Origin: Octopus bimaculoides
Taxonomy: Eukaryota
Assembly (NCBI RefSeq): GCF_001194135.2
Contig: NC_068995.1
Span: forward strand, 3,616,743-3,654,161
DNA: 37,419 nucleotides
Direction of reading: 5' to 3'
Shown piece after piece: positions 1 through 12,545 of the stretch. The notes beneath the pieces are model-generated. The model saw only the letters and a program-made list of their open reading frames with translations. It was not told where the DNA came from and searched no databases. Position numbers and translations under genes: made by a program. The number at the start of each line of letters is the position of its first letter. The first letter of the stretch is position 1.

Positions 1-615
1 TATATATATATATACATACACACACACACACACACACACATATGGATATGGATGTGTGAATAAATTACTATGGATGTACTTGTGTGCATGTGGATATCTG
101 CATGTGTGTGTGTGTGTGTGTATGCATGTGTACGTCTATGCATTTGTTTTTTTTTATAAATAACAAATAAATCTAACACAAAAAAACAAATAAAAACTAA
201 AAGAAAATAATAATAAAAAAAAACATGTCTGCTGTTATTCAGTTGCAGCGTTTCTGGTGAAGCGTCTCGCAGATTGTTTAATGTTTCCGGAGAACTGACA
301 ACGGAGCATGAATTAATGGTCAAACTTCGAAAAAAAAAATCGTCCAGTCGACGGCAGATGAAAATAACAACTAAGGAACTAAGAAAACACTCATAAAACG
401 GCAGCTTCCGGAAACTAGTTTCCTTCTGCAGATTTATGGCGATTTTTTTGACAAAAGTAACATATTCTTCGGGAAAAAGAAAGAAGAAAGTTTTGTTTCA
501 AGTGGAGTTTAGAATAGATTAATAATTTCGACTCATTATTTATGCATTGAAAACTTCAATAATTATACTGTTAGCTTTTTATTCCGTCAGTTTTAATCAA
601 TTTCCATATTCCCTA

Positions 616-801
616 AGAATCGTTAGAACACCGGACAAACTGCTTACCGACATTTTGTCTGAGTTCAAATTCTGCCGAAGTCCACTTTGTCTTTCAACCT
701 TTCGGAGTCAATAAAATTAAATATCAGTTGAGCACTGGAGTCGATGTAATCGGCTTACCCTCTACCCTCAAATTGCTGGCCTTGTGCCTAAATTTGAAAC
801 C
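616..801 (+). mobile_element. tRNA-derived SINE family A (octopus-type), 5'-truncated
   Basis: B-box-like GAGTTCAAATTC followed by the shared body ...ccgaggtcgactttgcctttcatcctttcggggtcgataa...; multiple copies in the window. Confidence 0.8.
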
Positions 802-811
802 GATATTTGGG

Positions 812-1031
812 TTAAGGCGGTGAGCTGACAGAATCGTTAGAACACCGGATTAAATGCTGCTGCTAAGCATTTTGTTCGTCCTTAGCTTCTGAATTCAAAT
901 TCCGCCGAGGTCGACTTTGCCTTTCATCCTTTCGGGGTTCGATAAAATAGGTACCAGTTGAATACTGGGCTCGATTTAATCGACTCATCCCCTCCTCCAA
1001 AATTGCTGCCCCTGTGATAAAATTTTAAACC
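812..1031 (+). mobile_element. SINE family A, near full length, followed by an (ATC)n(ATT)n(GTT)n tail to about 1150
   Basis: Head ttaaggcggtgagctgacagaatcgttag, B-box GAATTCAAATTCC, shared body. Confidence 0.85.
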
Positions 1032-1038
1032 ATCGTCG

Positions 1039-1072
<34 letters not shown>

Positions 1073-1077
1073 TATCA

Positions 1078-1124
<47 letters not shown>

Positions 1125-1261
1125 GTTGTTGTTGTTGTTGTTGTTATTATTAGTCAAGTTCAAAATATGAAGTGATAAGAATTCAAAATTACAGAAATTT
1201 AAACGTAAAGTATGAACGGGAGCAACCCGCGTCCACACTTTGATGGAATGACATCATCAGT

Positions 1262-1990
1262 TTTTAAGTTAGGCCTGCTTTATATGGATGACTTCAAACT
1301 ATATACAAAATGCGAAAAAGACCTGGATTCTCTAATCCAGACAGTTAGAGTATTCAAAAAGGAGATTGGAATGGTGTTTGCGGTAAATAAATGTGTAGTG
1401 TTAATTATGAAAAAAGGACAGGGACGAAAGTATCACTCATCGTTTTAGTGAGTGCAGTTAGCTAGCGCAGAAAGAGTATAAGCGCAGGCATGACTGCAGA
1501 TGAAAGAGTGCATCGGGATGTTAGTCGAGTGTGTGGCTTCGAAATAACAGGAGAGTGGTATGAGCACGAACGAAAGGCTGTGTTAGAAGATAAGAATTAC
1601 AAAATCTTATGGAACTTCCTAATTAAAAACTGACTGTATTGCTGAAACAAGAAGACCTGATCTGATTATAGGGGTGGGGGGGATAACCAAACAATGTAAG
1701 ATCATAGATTTTGCTTTTCGTTATGATAACAGTCGATGTCAAATAAATTGAAAAAACAAAAGATGAGAAGTATCAGGATTTAACCAGAGAAGTGAAGAGA
1801 TTGAGGAAGACTAAAATAACAATAATTCCTGTAGGAAATGGCGCACTTGGCACAACATTCAAAATGGTACCTAAAAGACTGAAAGAGATTGGAATTAAAA
1901 CTCGCATTGGTGACCTGCAGAAAAGTAGCATCATATATTCTACAAGAATCCTTAGAAAGATCCTTGAGATTTGAGGAGACTTGTCACCAA
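1262..1990 (+). mobile_element. R4/Dong-clade (RLE-type) non-LTR retrotransposon relic, internally deleted
   Basis: RT motif LLYMDDFKLYTKCEKDLDSLIQTVRVF, then DESITHRFSECS*LAQKEYKRRHD (zinc-knuckle region), ETRRPDLII...KIIDFAF...EKYQDL (restriction-like endonuclease) and C-terminal [12 protein letters not shown]. Contains stops and frameshifts. Confidence 0.85.
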
Positions 1991-2126
1991 ACCTCAAGAT
2001 AACATTCGTGTTCGTTGAATTGGCATTTAATAGCTTTATAGTAAAAATAAAAACAACAAGAATAATAAGAAGAGGAAGAAGAAAATGAAGAAAGCGGAGG
2101 AGAAAAAGAAGAAAATTAATAGTCAC

Positions 2127-2204
2127 CTCTTCAAAATTGCTGTTGATTGCTGTATCTAGAATACACTGGCAGTGAGTCTTGTACATCATAATGAACGTTT
2201 CCAC
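2127..2204 (-). CDS. RFX6: RFX6 exon (exon 8 equivalent): RFX B-domain region
   Basis: ctttcag|GTG ... GAAGAG|gtgact; 78 nt. Encodes [26 protein letters not shown] (RFX6: [26 protein letters not shown]). The next exon is not in 1-2126, so the gene continues off the window. Confidence 0.96.
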
Positions 2205-2399
2205 CTGAAAGATAATAACGAAATCAGTAAATAAATATATAGATAATAATAATAATCATAATAACAACAATAACAACAAGAACAATAATAATAATAACAA
2301 TAACTCAACAATACAATATTTTGAATTCCTTTGAGATATGGTTGTTCTGGGATGTTGTCAAGATGTTTCTGACATCCCTTTGTGCATCAACTCCAGTAT

Positions 2400-2518
2400 T
2401 CAGCTGGTTCTTATTTTGTGGATCCCGAAAGAATTTGAATGTTAAAATCAAAACATAAAGAACCAGAAGAAATACTGCTAAGCATTTTGTCCGGTACGGT
2501 TTTGCCAGCTCACCGTCT
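2400..2518 (-). mobile_element. SINE family A, partial/deleted
   Basis: aaatactgctaagcattttgtccgg...gccagctcaccgtc is the reverse complement of the family A head. Confidence 0.65.
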
Positions 2519-2935
2519 CAACAGCCATCATCTACTAAAATATCTCAGATCCCACAATACACCATAAGAAACCACAAATAAACAGTATAACATAACCAAC
2601 ACAGTCTATACTTTGCACAGCCATCACCTTCACAGAAACCGTTTCACACCAAGAAACCATGTATAGCGTAACATAAACAGGCTATACTTTAGACGATTAC
2701 TTCTCAATGAAATGACACAAGCACACATTCGTACTTAATCGATATGTGACAATATTAAATTAACACCGATAACTCACACAGCTCACAACTAGACAGCTAT
2801 CAGACACGATAATATAATATAATATAATAATATAATAATATAATAATATAATATAATATAATAACACAGTTCACACAGCGCATAGTTTACACAATCACCG
2901 TCTAGCATTAAATTGAAAACAGGATGATAATAGTT

Positions 2936-2993
<58 letters not shown>

Positions 2994-3699
2994 TTACCAT
3001 TTGTTGGCCACAAGGATTCTACATATAAAGTAGCATACGTTTTATGTCTATTGAAGCACATATAAAATTAATGGAGAGGTGGCTGGAAATATGAGACAAC
3101 AGATGAACAGTACATAGTATAATATATNNNNNNNNNNNNNNNNNNNNNNNNNNNNNNNNNNNNNNNNNNNNNNNNNNNNNNNNNNNNNNNNNNNNNNNNN
3201 NNNNNNNNNNNNNNNNNNNNNNNNNNNNNNNNNNNNNNNNNNNNNNNNNNNNNNNNNNNNNNNNNNNNNNNNNNNNNNNNNNNNNNNNNNNNNNNNNNNN
3301 NNNNNNNNNNNNNNNNNNNNNNNNNNNNNNNNNNNNNNNNNNNNNNNNNNNNNNNNNNNNNNNNNNNNNNNNNNNNNNNNNNNNNNNNNNNNNNNNNNNN
3401 NNNNNNNNNNNNNNNNNNNNNNNNNNNNNNNNNNNNNNNNNNNNNNNNNNNNNNNNNNNNNNNNNNNNNNNNNNNNNNNNNNNNNNNNNNNNNNNNNNNN
3501 NNNNNNNNNNNNNNNNNNNNNNNNNNNNNNNNNNNNNNNNNNNNNNNNNNNNNNNNNNNNNNNNNNNNNNNNNNNNNNNNNNNNNNNNNNNNNNNNNNNN
3601 NNNNNNNNNNNNNNNNNNNNNNNNNNNNNNNNNNNNNNGTTAGAAACTAAGAATTAAATAAAAATCAATGCAGCACCAACATCTAGGGAAGAATTAGAA

Positions 3700-3832
3700 T
3701 TCTGGGGAGAAGTACTTTAAAGAAAGCTAAATACGAAAAATAAAATATTAGGCATCAATACTATAGGTGTACCAATAATAAAATATTCTCAACTGGATGC
3801 TAAATGAATTGGTACGACTAGGCAGAAAAAAA
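3700..3832 (+). mobile_element. R4/Dong-like LINE fragment (post-RT region)
   Basis: Translates LNTKNKILGINTIGVPIINILNWMLNELVRLGRKK, similar to the R4/Dong pattern LNSKNKIxAINTxAVPV...INWTxxELxxLDRK. Confidence 0.55.
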
Positions 3833-3973
3833 CTGGTACTTAATTTATCGACCCCGAAAGGATGGGAGGTAAAGTCAAGCGCGGCGGAATTTGAACTCAG
3901 AACGTAGCGACAGGCAAAATACCGCTAAACTTTTCGTCTAGCTTGCTAACGATTCTGCCAGTTTGATGCCTTA
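3833..3973 (-). mobile_element. SINE family A
   Basis: ctggtacttaatttatcgaccccgaaagg...ggcggaatttgaactcag...gattctgccag is the reverse complement of family A. Confidence 0.85.
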
Positions 3974-3975
3974 AT

Positions 3976-4006
<31 letters not shown>

Positions 4007-4019
4007 GCTTATTAAAAGG

Positions 4020-4680
4020 CAATATTGATGGTTTTATTATTAGCTTGCTCTAAACCAGAAATATTCATTAAAAAGCGATTCAGTATGACATAAAAGCAAA
4101 CGAGTTAGAGTGACTCCAGTGGAGAAAAAGAAAGTGAATTATTTGGAAATTTTTAATATAATATGCTTAAAGCTGTCATGGCCAGAAGAGCATATTTATT
4201 ATGGGGAAATAATTAATAAAAGTAACAGATAGAAATTGTCAGAGTCAGCGAGAATAACTAATATTTGTGTAAAACAACAAAAGAAACTGAGAGAAAACAA
4301 ACAGCTCGCATTGGAAGAATGTTGGACAGCATGAAGATTACGACAATTGTGATTAATTGGTTGCTTAAATGAACGAGTTAATGAAGCCGAAAAACCAGTG
4401 AGTCAGTTAATTAATTGAAAAATAAAGAAACCAATAAACGCACAAAGAACGCGGTATACGTTGAATGAATATGGAGGACGAAAAGAATGAAAGTGAAACA
4501 ATGTTTAGCAGCCGAGCTGTCAGGAGTTATTCAAACAAATGATTGAATTTATCTGCCCTAAAAGACCAGTAAACAATTGGCAGCCAAGCCAATGTAGGTT
4601 ACAAATGAATAAAAAAGCTGTTGTCTTCATTACTTTTCGGTGCTTCCATACAAGAGAAGAAAGCATTATAAGAAAACAGA
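4020..4680 (+). mobile_element. Highly degraded possible R4/Dong N-terminal fragment
   Basis: Scattered frame pieces (HWKNVGQ-like, KQLAAK, FHTREESIIRK) resemble R4/Dong ORF N-terminal motifs. Weak evidence. Confidence 0.3.
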
Positions 4681-4735
4681 CGTTCCAGTTGGCGATTTCA
4701 TATTAGGCAGAATACAGCTTTAAATTATTGTTTGA

Positions 4736-5037
4736 GGATTTTGCATGCCAAATTTAAAGTACAAATTGTATATTATGGTGAATACATAGACAGACAGACA
4801 AACAGACAGATAGACAGACTGACACACGGATATACACTTGTAGATGAATAATAGAAAATAGATCGAACATTATTTAAAGGATTTTGCATGCCAAATTTAA
4901 AGTACAAATTGTATATTATGGTGAATAATAATACATAGACAGACAGACAAACAGACAGATAGACAGACTGACACACGGATATACACTTGTAGATGAATAA
5001 TAGAAAATAGATCGAACATTATTTAAAGGATTTTGCA
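4736..5037. repeat. Near-perfect tandem duplication (143/149 bp units)
   Basis: ggattttgca starts at 4736, 4879 and 5028; the second copy differs only by an extra 6-nt AAT-type insertion. Confidence 0.92.
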
Positions 5038-5103
5038 GCCAAAGGCGGAATTTGAACTGTAGTTGGAGTTAGAAATTGAACTGGAAATCACGTGGTTGTA
5101 ATC

Positions 5104-5151
5104 TACACAGCCATACCTGCCCCTATATACACAGCCATACCTGCCCCTATA
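5104..5151. repeat. Perfect 24-bp tandem duplication
   Basis: tacacagccatacctgcccctata x2. Confidence 0.9.
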
Positions 5152-5316
5152 TACACAGACACACATAGAATCATATATACGTTAATATACATACACATAC
5201 AAACATGTATTTCTGTTTACACACACACTGTAATGCGCGCACACACACACACGCACGCACACACACACACGCACACACACACACGCACGCACACACATAT
5301 ATCTATATATACATAT

Positions 5317-5476
5317 TATGGGCTTCTTTCAGTTTCCGTCGACCAAGTCCACCCATAAGGCTTTAGTCGGCCCAGGGCTTAAGCTATAGTGGAAAACACT
5401 TGCCCTTGGCATCACGCAGTGAGTTTGAGCCCTAAACCATGTGATTGGGAAGCAAACGTCTTACCACACAGCCACT
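5317..5476 (-). mobile_element. SINE family B (CORE-type, tRNA head), 5' part
   Basis: Reverse complement of the gtggtaaga.gcttgcttcccaa.cacatggtt...gggcaagtg head. Confidence 0.75.
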
Positions 5477-5854
5477 CTTATTTATCATTNNNNNNNNNNN
5501 NNNNNNNNNNNNNNNNNNNNNNNNNNNNNNNNNNNNNNNNNNNNNNNNNNNNNNNNNNNNNNNNNNNNNNNNNNNNNNNNNNNNNNNNNNNNNNNNNNNN
5601 NNNNNNNNNNNNNNNNNNNNNNNNNNNNNNNNNNNNNNNNNNNNNNNNNNNNNNNNNNNNNNNNNNNNNNNNNNNNNNNNNNNNNNNNNNNNNNNNNNNA
5701 TTTTATTTATGTTTCATTTTATTTATGTTTCATTTTATTTACAGTGTGATAAAAATCCTATCAGTTAAACCGTGATGATAAATCAACAAGATCTTCCTAC
5801 AAGATTTGAAGGCAAAACTCAGATGTTTCCATAAGCTTTTCAATAGATATTGTT

Positions 5855-6064
5855 TTCTACTCTAGGCACAAGGCTCGAAATTTTTGGGGAGGGCCCAGTC
5901 GATTAGATCGACTCTAGTACGGAACTGATACTTAATTTATCGACCCCGAAAGGATAAAAGGCAAAGTTGACCTCGGCGGAATTTGAACTCAGAATGTGAA
6001 AACAGAAGAAATACTGCTAAGCATTTCGCCCAGCGTGCTAACGTTGCTGCCAGCTCGCTGCCTT
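5855..6064 (-). mobile_element. SINE family A, near full length
   Basis: Reverse complement of the family A body and head (gacctcggcggaatttgaactcag...gccagctcgctgcctt). Confidence 0.85.
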
Positions 6065-6127
6065 GCAATACGAGGATACTGTTTTTGGTTTAGGCAAGAA
6101 GCCAACAATTGTTGGCTTGTTTCTGTC

Positions 6128-6630
6128 GTTAGACACTGTGACCATACTGGAGCACCACCCTGAAGAACTTTAGTCGAACGAAACGACGCCCGTACTTGTT
6201 TTTTTTGTAAAACATGGTACTTATTCTATCGGTCATTTGCGACGTAAACACACCAACACCGGTTGTCAAGCGGTGGCGGGGATAAAACAAACACAAAGAC
6301 ACACACACACACACACAAAACAAGCTAGAGTAGCTGGTTTTAAAAGAGGTTCATATAGTAACAGTACTAAATGTCCGTTGCCACTTTTACATGGCAGTTC
6401 TATGCAGAACGAATGTTACTGCATTTTAACCTCGGTAAAACACTTTTTCCCGCTGTATTATATATATATATACGACGGCCTTTTTCAGTTTCTGTCAACC
6501 AAATCTACTCATAGGACTTTGGTCAGTTCGAGTCTATAGCAAAAGTCACTTGCCCCAGGTGCCATGCAATAGGACTGAACCCGGAACCATGTGGTTGGGA
6601 AGCAAGCTTCTCACCACACAGCCACGCATG
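6128..6630 (-). mobile_element. SINE family B, full length, with an unrelated ~140 bp insert in its central microsatellite (about 6320-6455)
   Basis: The 5' head is at 6470-6630 and the 3' body at 6128-6300; both match the copy at 35760-36160. Confidence 0.8.
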
Positions 6631-7116
6631 CGCCATATTAGATAATATAACAGTAAGCGACACCTCAACTTTATCAACATTTAACTGGGATTTCGTCAAA
6701 AGAAATCGATATTTTGTGTGTCTGTGTTGCAAGTGCCTTAATTTGTGTGTGTGTGTGTGGGTGTGTGGGTGTGCGTATGTGGATATGTGTGTGTGTATGT
6801 ACGTGGTAAGTGCCTTAAAATGAGTGTGTGTATGTGCGTTTATGTGTGCGTCAGTGAACGGTGAGAGCCTGTTCAATTAGTAGCTATTTGCGAAGACATG
6901 AACATCGCAAAATATTAATGTCTCCTCACCATGAAACGCAGGGTCTGTTTTTTTTTTCCATCTCATAAAAACGGAACCAATATTTCTTTATGTGTAAAAC
7001 GAGAGACACAGAAGCAGAAGTAATTCCAGTGACAGAAAAGCAATTTTATTTCAGATTTTTCCCAAACTCGGTTGCTGTCGCTGCCTCAATTTGATTGGTT
7101 GTAATGAATATAGTCT

Positions 7117-7320
7117 TTCTTTCATTTGTTTCAGTCATTTGACTGCGGCCATGCTGGAGCACTGCCTTCAGTCGAACAAATCGACCCCAGGACTTATTCT
7201 TTGTAAGCCTAGTACTTATTACATTGGACACTTTTTGCCGAACCGCTAGGTTACGGGGACGTAAACACACCAACATCAAGCGGGGATGTGGAGAGTGGGT
7301 GGTGGAAAAACACAAACAAA
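7117..7320 (-). mobile_element. SINE family B, 3' part
   Basis: tgtttcagtcatttgactgcggccatgctggagcac...gtcgaacaaatcgaccccagg. Confidence 0.85.
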
Positions 7321-7594
7321 GGCACATACATACACACACACATACTCACGCACACACACACACACATACACACGCACACACACACACACACACACGCACG
7401 CACACGCAAGCACACACCTCACATATATATATACACACATACATACACACATATACACATACATACAGAAACATATTCTTCTCTTATTTTTGCTATTTCC
7501 TTTTAATATTGTCATTTTGTTATTGTTCTTGCTTTTGCTTTTCGTAGGGAGTTTTCTGTGAAATTTCATTGCTTAAAATAATAGCAATAACTGC

Positions 7595-7634
<40 letters not shown>

Positions 7635-7644
7635 NNNNNNNNNN

Positions 7645-7680
<36 letters not shown>

Positions 7681-9281
7681 TAGAGCGAAAGATATTTGAT
7701 ATCTCTTCAGCGTATCATATACCGGGACACACGATACTTTATATTAAAACTGTAATTTTATCATTAACCGACTATTCAATCTAACCATACCCGCGTTAAT
7801 TTTAAATACACTTCACCCTACCCGTTTCTGTATTTGTTAAACTATTTTTCTCTTTAAGCTAAACTTTTATTAGTTTGACAATCTTAATTTCATTTTCCTT
7901 TTTCGTACGGATTTATTTCCCAGCCTCTCTTCCCCTCCGCCATTAAGCCTGCTTCTTTTTAATAGTAAATATGCTATCGTCGGTCGTTCTCTACTCTAAC
8001 AAAACGGCTTCTATTATGTTTAAGCTTAAATTTAGTGGTGCCGATATAAATCCATTGCTTTCACTATGTATTCTTGTATAATTTAGAACTTATGTTGACT
8101 TAAATGTCAGACGATACCTTATAAATTGTAACCAAATTGTCTTGGCTTTGCCGGCTACGATCTGGTTTATGTTTGCTGTGTGATTACTGTTCAAACAAGT
8201 CTGTTCAAACGACTATGTGTGAGTCCACCGCCTCCCACTTGTACGGGTCTCCCACACCGGAGAAGAAAAAAAAAATAGAAAACTAGTTACAACAGCCAAT
8301 GAACGATGATCATAGCCAGCAAACTCAGTTTGTACCGCGCAGACGTCTTCACAATTGAATCGCATTTGATGATTTATGTGAAAGATTGACAAGTCTTCAA
8401 AACGTAATCTAGTACACACAAGTGATTTTGTAGGATATTAGATAAATAACAGACAAAAAAATCATTGAAATGACAAAAATAAGCAAAAAGCAAGCAAACA
8501 TGAAAGAAAGCAAGACAAAAAAGTAGTAGTAGTCGCAGCAGCAGCAGCAGCAGCTCTACTAATACTAGTGGGACATAAAAGTGTGCGAAGCAATTATTAT
8601 ATTATTATGGGAAATATCGTTCTTCAGAGGATGTTTGATGTAGAAATGTATTTCGTTTTTAAATATAGACCGTCTGAGAATTTTCCAGAAAGTTTTTCAA
8701 ATGATACTGCAGCGTAAGTCTTAAACGACTGTGACTTATTACTTAAGATTCGCGGTTTAATTAATTGAAGATTGTTAATAGCTTTTAATTTTCTCGGTCT
8801 CTAATTTAAGAAGGCAAATTATTCCTGTTAACATTCACGTGAACCACACTTTGGAAATCTTTTGATTGAAGTAAGTAAAAGTATGTAAGAAAGAAGAAAA
8901 AGAAATAGAAGTCAGTTACGAATGGGTATGAAAGACGGGGTAGTTACATGAAGTGGAAGGGTAGGAAAAGTTGAGACTGGCATCGGGTACTTTGAAGACT
9001 GTTATGACGATAAACATTTGCCCACCCGACATTCTGAATGCATTAGAAAAGTTACTCAATATGTACCCCACCATACACACACGTTCATCGACGCGCACGT
9101 GTGTGTGTGTGTGTATCATATGATTCAGTAATCGTCCAAGAATGGTCCGGAGACAAATATTGCCTAGAATGGAAATCGGATTTTGTAATCTTATCAAAGA
9201 AGCAGTTCCTATCATTCATTGGCTGAGACTGTTTAAGACTAGCCATCATCATCATCAGTCTTATTATTGGTACTAACTTAC

Positions 9282-9389
9282 CTTTTCTCTAGAAACTCCT
9301 TCTGTTAAAATGAGATATTGGGCATTGGGGAATTCAGGTAGTAAAGTCCCTGTCTTGGAGCTTAGAGAGTACTTTCTGGTAAAACCTCC
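9282..9389 (-). CDS. RFX6: RFX6 exon (exon 7 equivalent)
   Basis: ctttcag|GGA ... GAAAAG|gtaagt; 108 nt. Encodes [36 protein letters not shown]. Confidence 0.97.
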
Positions 9390-9453
9390 CTGAAAGAAAA
9401 AAAGAAACGATAATTATTTTACCAATTTACAGATATTAGTTACCATTTTTCAT

Positions 9454-9570
9454 TTCTTCTTCTTCTTCTTCTTCTTCTTCTTCTTCTTCTTCTTCTTCTT
9501 CTTCTTCTTCTTCTTCTTCTTCTTCTTCTTCTTCTTCTTCTTCTTCTTCTTCTTCTTCTTCTTCTTCTTC
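9454..9570. repeat. (TTC)39 microsatellite followed by a CT-rich tract
   Basis: 117 nt uninterrupted by direct reading. Confidence 0.95.
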
Positions 9571-10329
9571 TCTGTCTCTCTTTCTCTCTCTCTCCTGTCT
9601 CTACTGTCTCCTTTCTCTTCTGTTTCTCTCTCTTCTGTATCTCTGTTCTATCTCTCCCTTCCAGTCATGTCTATATTTACATCTTTATTGGTGTGTCTGT
9701 GTGTTTCAGCATGTATGTATGGAATGTGGGTTTCCTTTTACACACACACACATATATATACATATATATATTTAGAGAGAGAGAGAGAGGTGCACATATT
9801 TGTATATATGTCGTATGAATGTGCATGCATGAATGGATAAAAAAGCATAAAGTGTATCCTATATATATCTCCGTATCTAGAANNNNNNNNNNNNNNNNNN
9901 NNNNNNNNNNNNNNNNNNNNNNNNNNNNNNNNNNNNNNNNNNNNNNNNNNNNNNNNNNNNNNNNNNNNNNNNNNNNNNNNNNNNNNNNNNNNNNNNNNNN
10001 NNNNNNNNNNNNNNNNNNNNNNNNNNNNNNNNNNNNNNNNNNNNNNNNNNNNNNNNNNNNNNNNNNNNNNNNNNNNNNNNNNTCTTATATATATATATAC
10101 ATATATATTTATACACACGCACACACATATATATATGTATGTTTGTATGTGTATATGTATAAGCGGCCATAAAGGAAGTGAATTTCGCCACACCACGTCA
10201 GAAATCTCTGACCTTCGTTAGTTCCAGTAGCTCCGCAGTTTCAAGTTGTGAGTCTCTGTCAATAAGACCAACAATGATGAGTGAACTCCGTACTACATTA
10301 GGGTTCAGATGTCTACAAAATATAACAAC

Positions 10330-10660
10330 CTACGTGGTCCTGGTGTTTAGTACGATAATAGGGGCCAGCAATTGATCAGAAGTGGCATAGACGGAGCGAG
10401 GTAGTTTTCCATCTGTTTCCCGTCTCTTTTTCAATGCAAAGAAAACTGCGTGTGTATGAGCATCGATGGAGAAGAAAGCTACCAGCCAATTTGTGTCCAA
10501 ATGTGAATGACACGACACCACCAGTTCAGAAGAACAGAGACCATAGTAGTAGTGGTAGAAAAAGTAGAAAGAGGGAACAGTAGAGGATGCAGTATGTCGA
10601 TGTCTATGACTAAATGCGGTAACTTGAGGGCTGCCTATTGTCAAAGAGCTCGTGGTATAA
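10330..10660 (-). mobile_element. CR1/L2-group LINE 3' fragment, degraded
   Basis: AFSHRHR...SFYFFYHYYYGLCSSELV...HTHAV...KLPRSVY resembles the RT C-terminal pattern LSHRRxVASLSLFYRYYxGxCSxEL...WNxLPxSVF. Confidence 0.6.
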
Positions 10661-12545
10661 AAATAGAGATCTCGAGTAGTTAATTTGTGTGGTGTGGAGG
10701 TTCAATTTCCAACAGTCTGTCACATTTTAGTGATTTCTTTAGCTTTGTCATTCGGCACTTCGCCAATTAATTGTGTTTCACTCATTAAACTAAATCGGAC
10801 ATAAAACAGAAATTCAAATATTTCCTAAAAATATGAATTCAAATATTTCTTTTTGTTCGAGTGAAATATCTTGTCTGATGATGACGTCAGGAGAATGTTT
10901 GGTTTTTCAAGAAAACCGGTTGTTCTATAAATAGTTTCTGTTGACATAATAAAAAGAAACACGCACACACAAATACACACACACACACACACGCACAAAA
11001 TACGAAAAACAAATGTGAAAGAATCAAAAGGAAATGAAATTTATTCATAAAATCGATGCCGCTATTATGTTATGAGGATGAAAGAGTTGGAAGGAGACTT
11101 GATTGTTGGTAAATGTAGATTGGAGTGGGGGACGGGGTGCTGTTGATGGCCGTGGGGGAGTGATGTTGAAGGAAGTGTAAACGATAAAATAGAAAGAGGG
11201 GTGGGAGAAGGAAGAAAAAAATGTATGCGCGATAGACGAGTACATCAATAAATTCGAGGCGGTACCCTTGGAGACAGCGAGTATAGGGTGGGCTGTAATG
11301 AAGAGACAAGAGTTAAGTTAACAAGAGAGGCCAGTATAAAAAAAAGCTGTGTGTAATGACCAGCGTTGTTCTTTAAATTCTCTCCATCCTCTTTGATTGA
11401 CGTGTGTACGTTGAGTTGTGAAGCCAAACTCGCTGCCCAAACTTAGACAAACAAAATAACCCATTTACATTGATTTACAGAACAACATTCATTTGGACCA
11501 GGTTTTCGGTTTGTTCATTTCTCAAATCCCACCACCTTCTCCCCCACCTACACATCCTAAACTTCCCGGCGTTATGACGTGGGTTAAGAGCATTTTGCCT
11601 TTCAATCCCTCCCTAACTCATCCACACATTCTATTATAACTCTCCTTCACCTGCACAAAATAGCTTCTTTTTCTTTTTTCCTTTAAGCACCTAATTTTTT
11701 TTCAACTCGCTTTTAGAGAGCTCTACTCCTTGTTATCTCTCTCACTCGCTGTTTCCTTTTTTTCTCCCTCTCTGTTTCTCTCTTCTCCTCCATCTCTCTC
11801 TCACTCAGTATTTTTTTTACTGTTACTATTTCGTTTTGTTTACCGATCTTTCAGACTTTTGATACGCGTGCTCCCTCTAGTCGGTCAAAGCTATAAATTT
11901 TAACCGTAGTAGTAGTAGTATTAGCAACACCAGCAGTAGTAGTTCCTGTTGTAAAGTTATACTTAAAATAAATGCAAACAATAGTCCGATAGAGACTTGT
12001 CTATCTGTCATTGAAGGTTCGAATCTGTCTGCAGTCTATATGACACCACACCCCCCTTCCAGGGATAATTTATTCACGTCCAAATGGTTAATTTCCAACA
12101 TCTAGTGTTAATTATAATCAGACATCGACGACAATCATCTTTAATTTTATTCCTTTCAATGGCATCTCCCCCCCCCCACCTCTCTCTGTTTCCAGCATTC
12201 TTTTATCTTACCCCTTTCCCCGTGTTTCAGTTACTGGACTTCGAAAATGCTGGGGCACCACCTTGAAGGGTGGCTTTCCTACAGATGTGTGACCGACCCC
12301 AACGATTTTGTAGCCTCATAACTTCCAGAAAAATGGAAACTTTTTAACGAATGCTGTAGATCCAGACTGCATAGGGATTCGTTGGAAAGAATTTTTTCGT
12401 GGGGTGGAGTGTGGAGAGGGAGCGAGGAGAGAAAGAGAGCAAGAGAGATAGACAAACAGACAGAGTGAGAGACAGAGAGAGAAAGATATTTATGACTAAA
12501 TATAAAAATGTCACTGGAAAATATTGAAAATGTTGCAATACTCAC

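Noticed and set aside
1792-1974. 60-aa plus-strand ORF as an independent gene
   Set aside because: It is the C-terminus of the R4/Dong LINE relic.
7684-7715. CTGAAGA followed by a GATAT/ATATC hairpin on the minus strand
   Set aside because: Followed by TTTC instead of GAAA, with no stem I or III; not a hammerhead.
10213-10312. Exon-like segment (tttgtag|ACATCT...AAG|gtcaga) between RFX6 exons 6 and 7
   Set aside because: It is 100 nt, hits TAA at codon 5 in the required phase 0, has no RFX similarity and adjoins a LINE 3' relic. At most a poison or cryptic exon.
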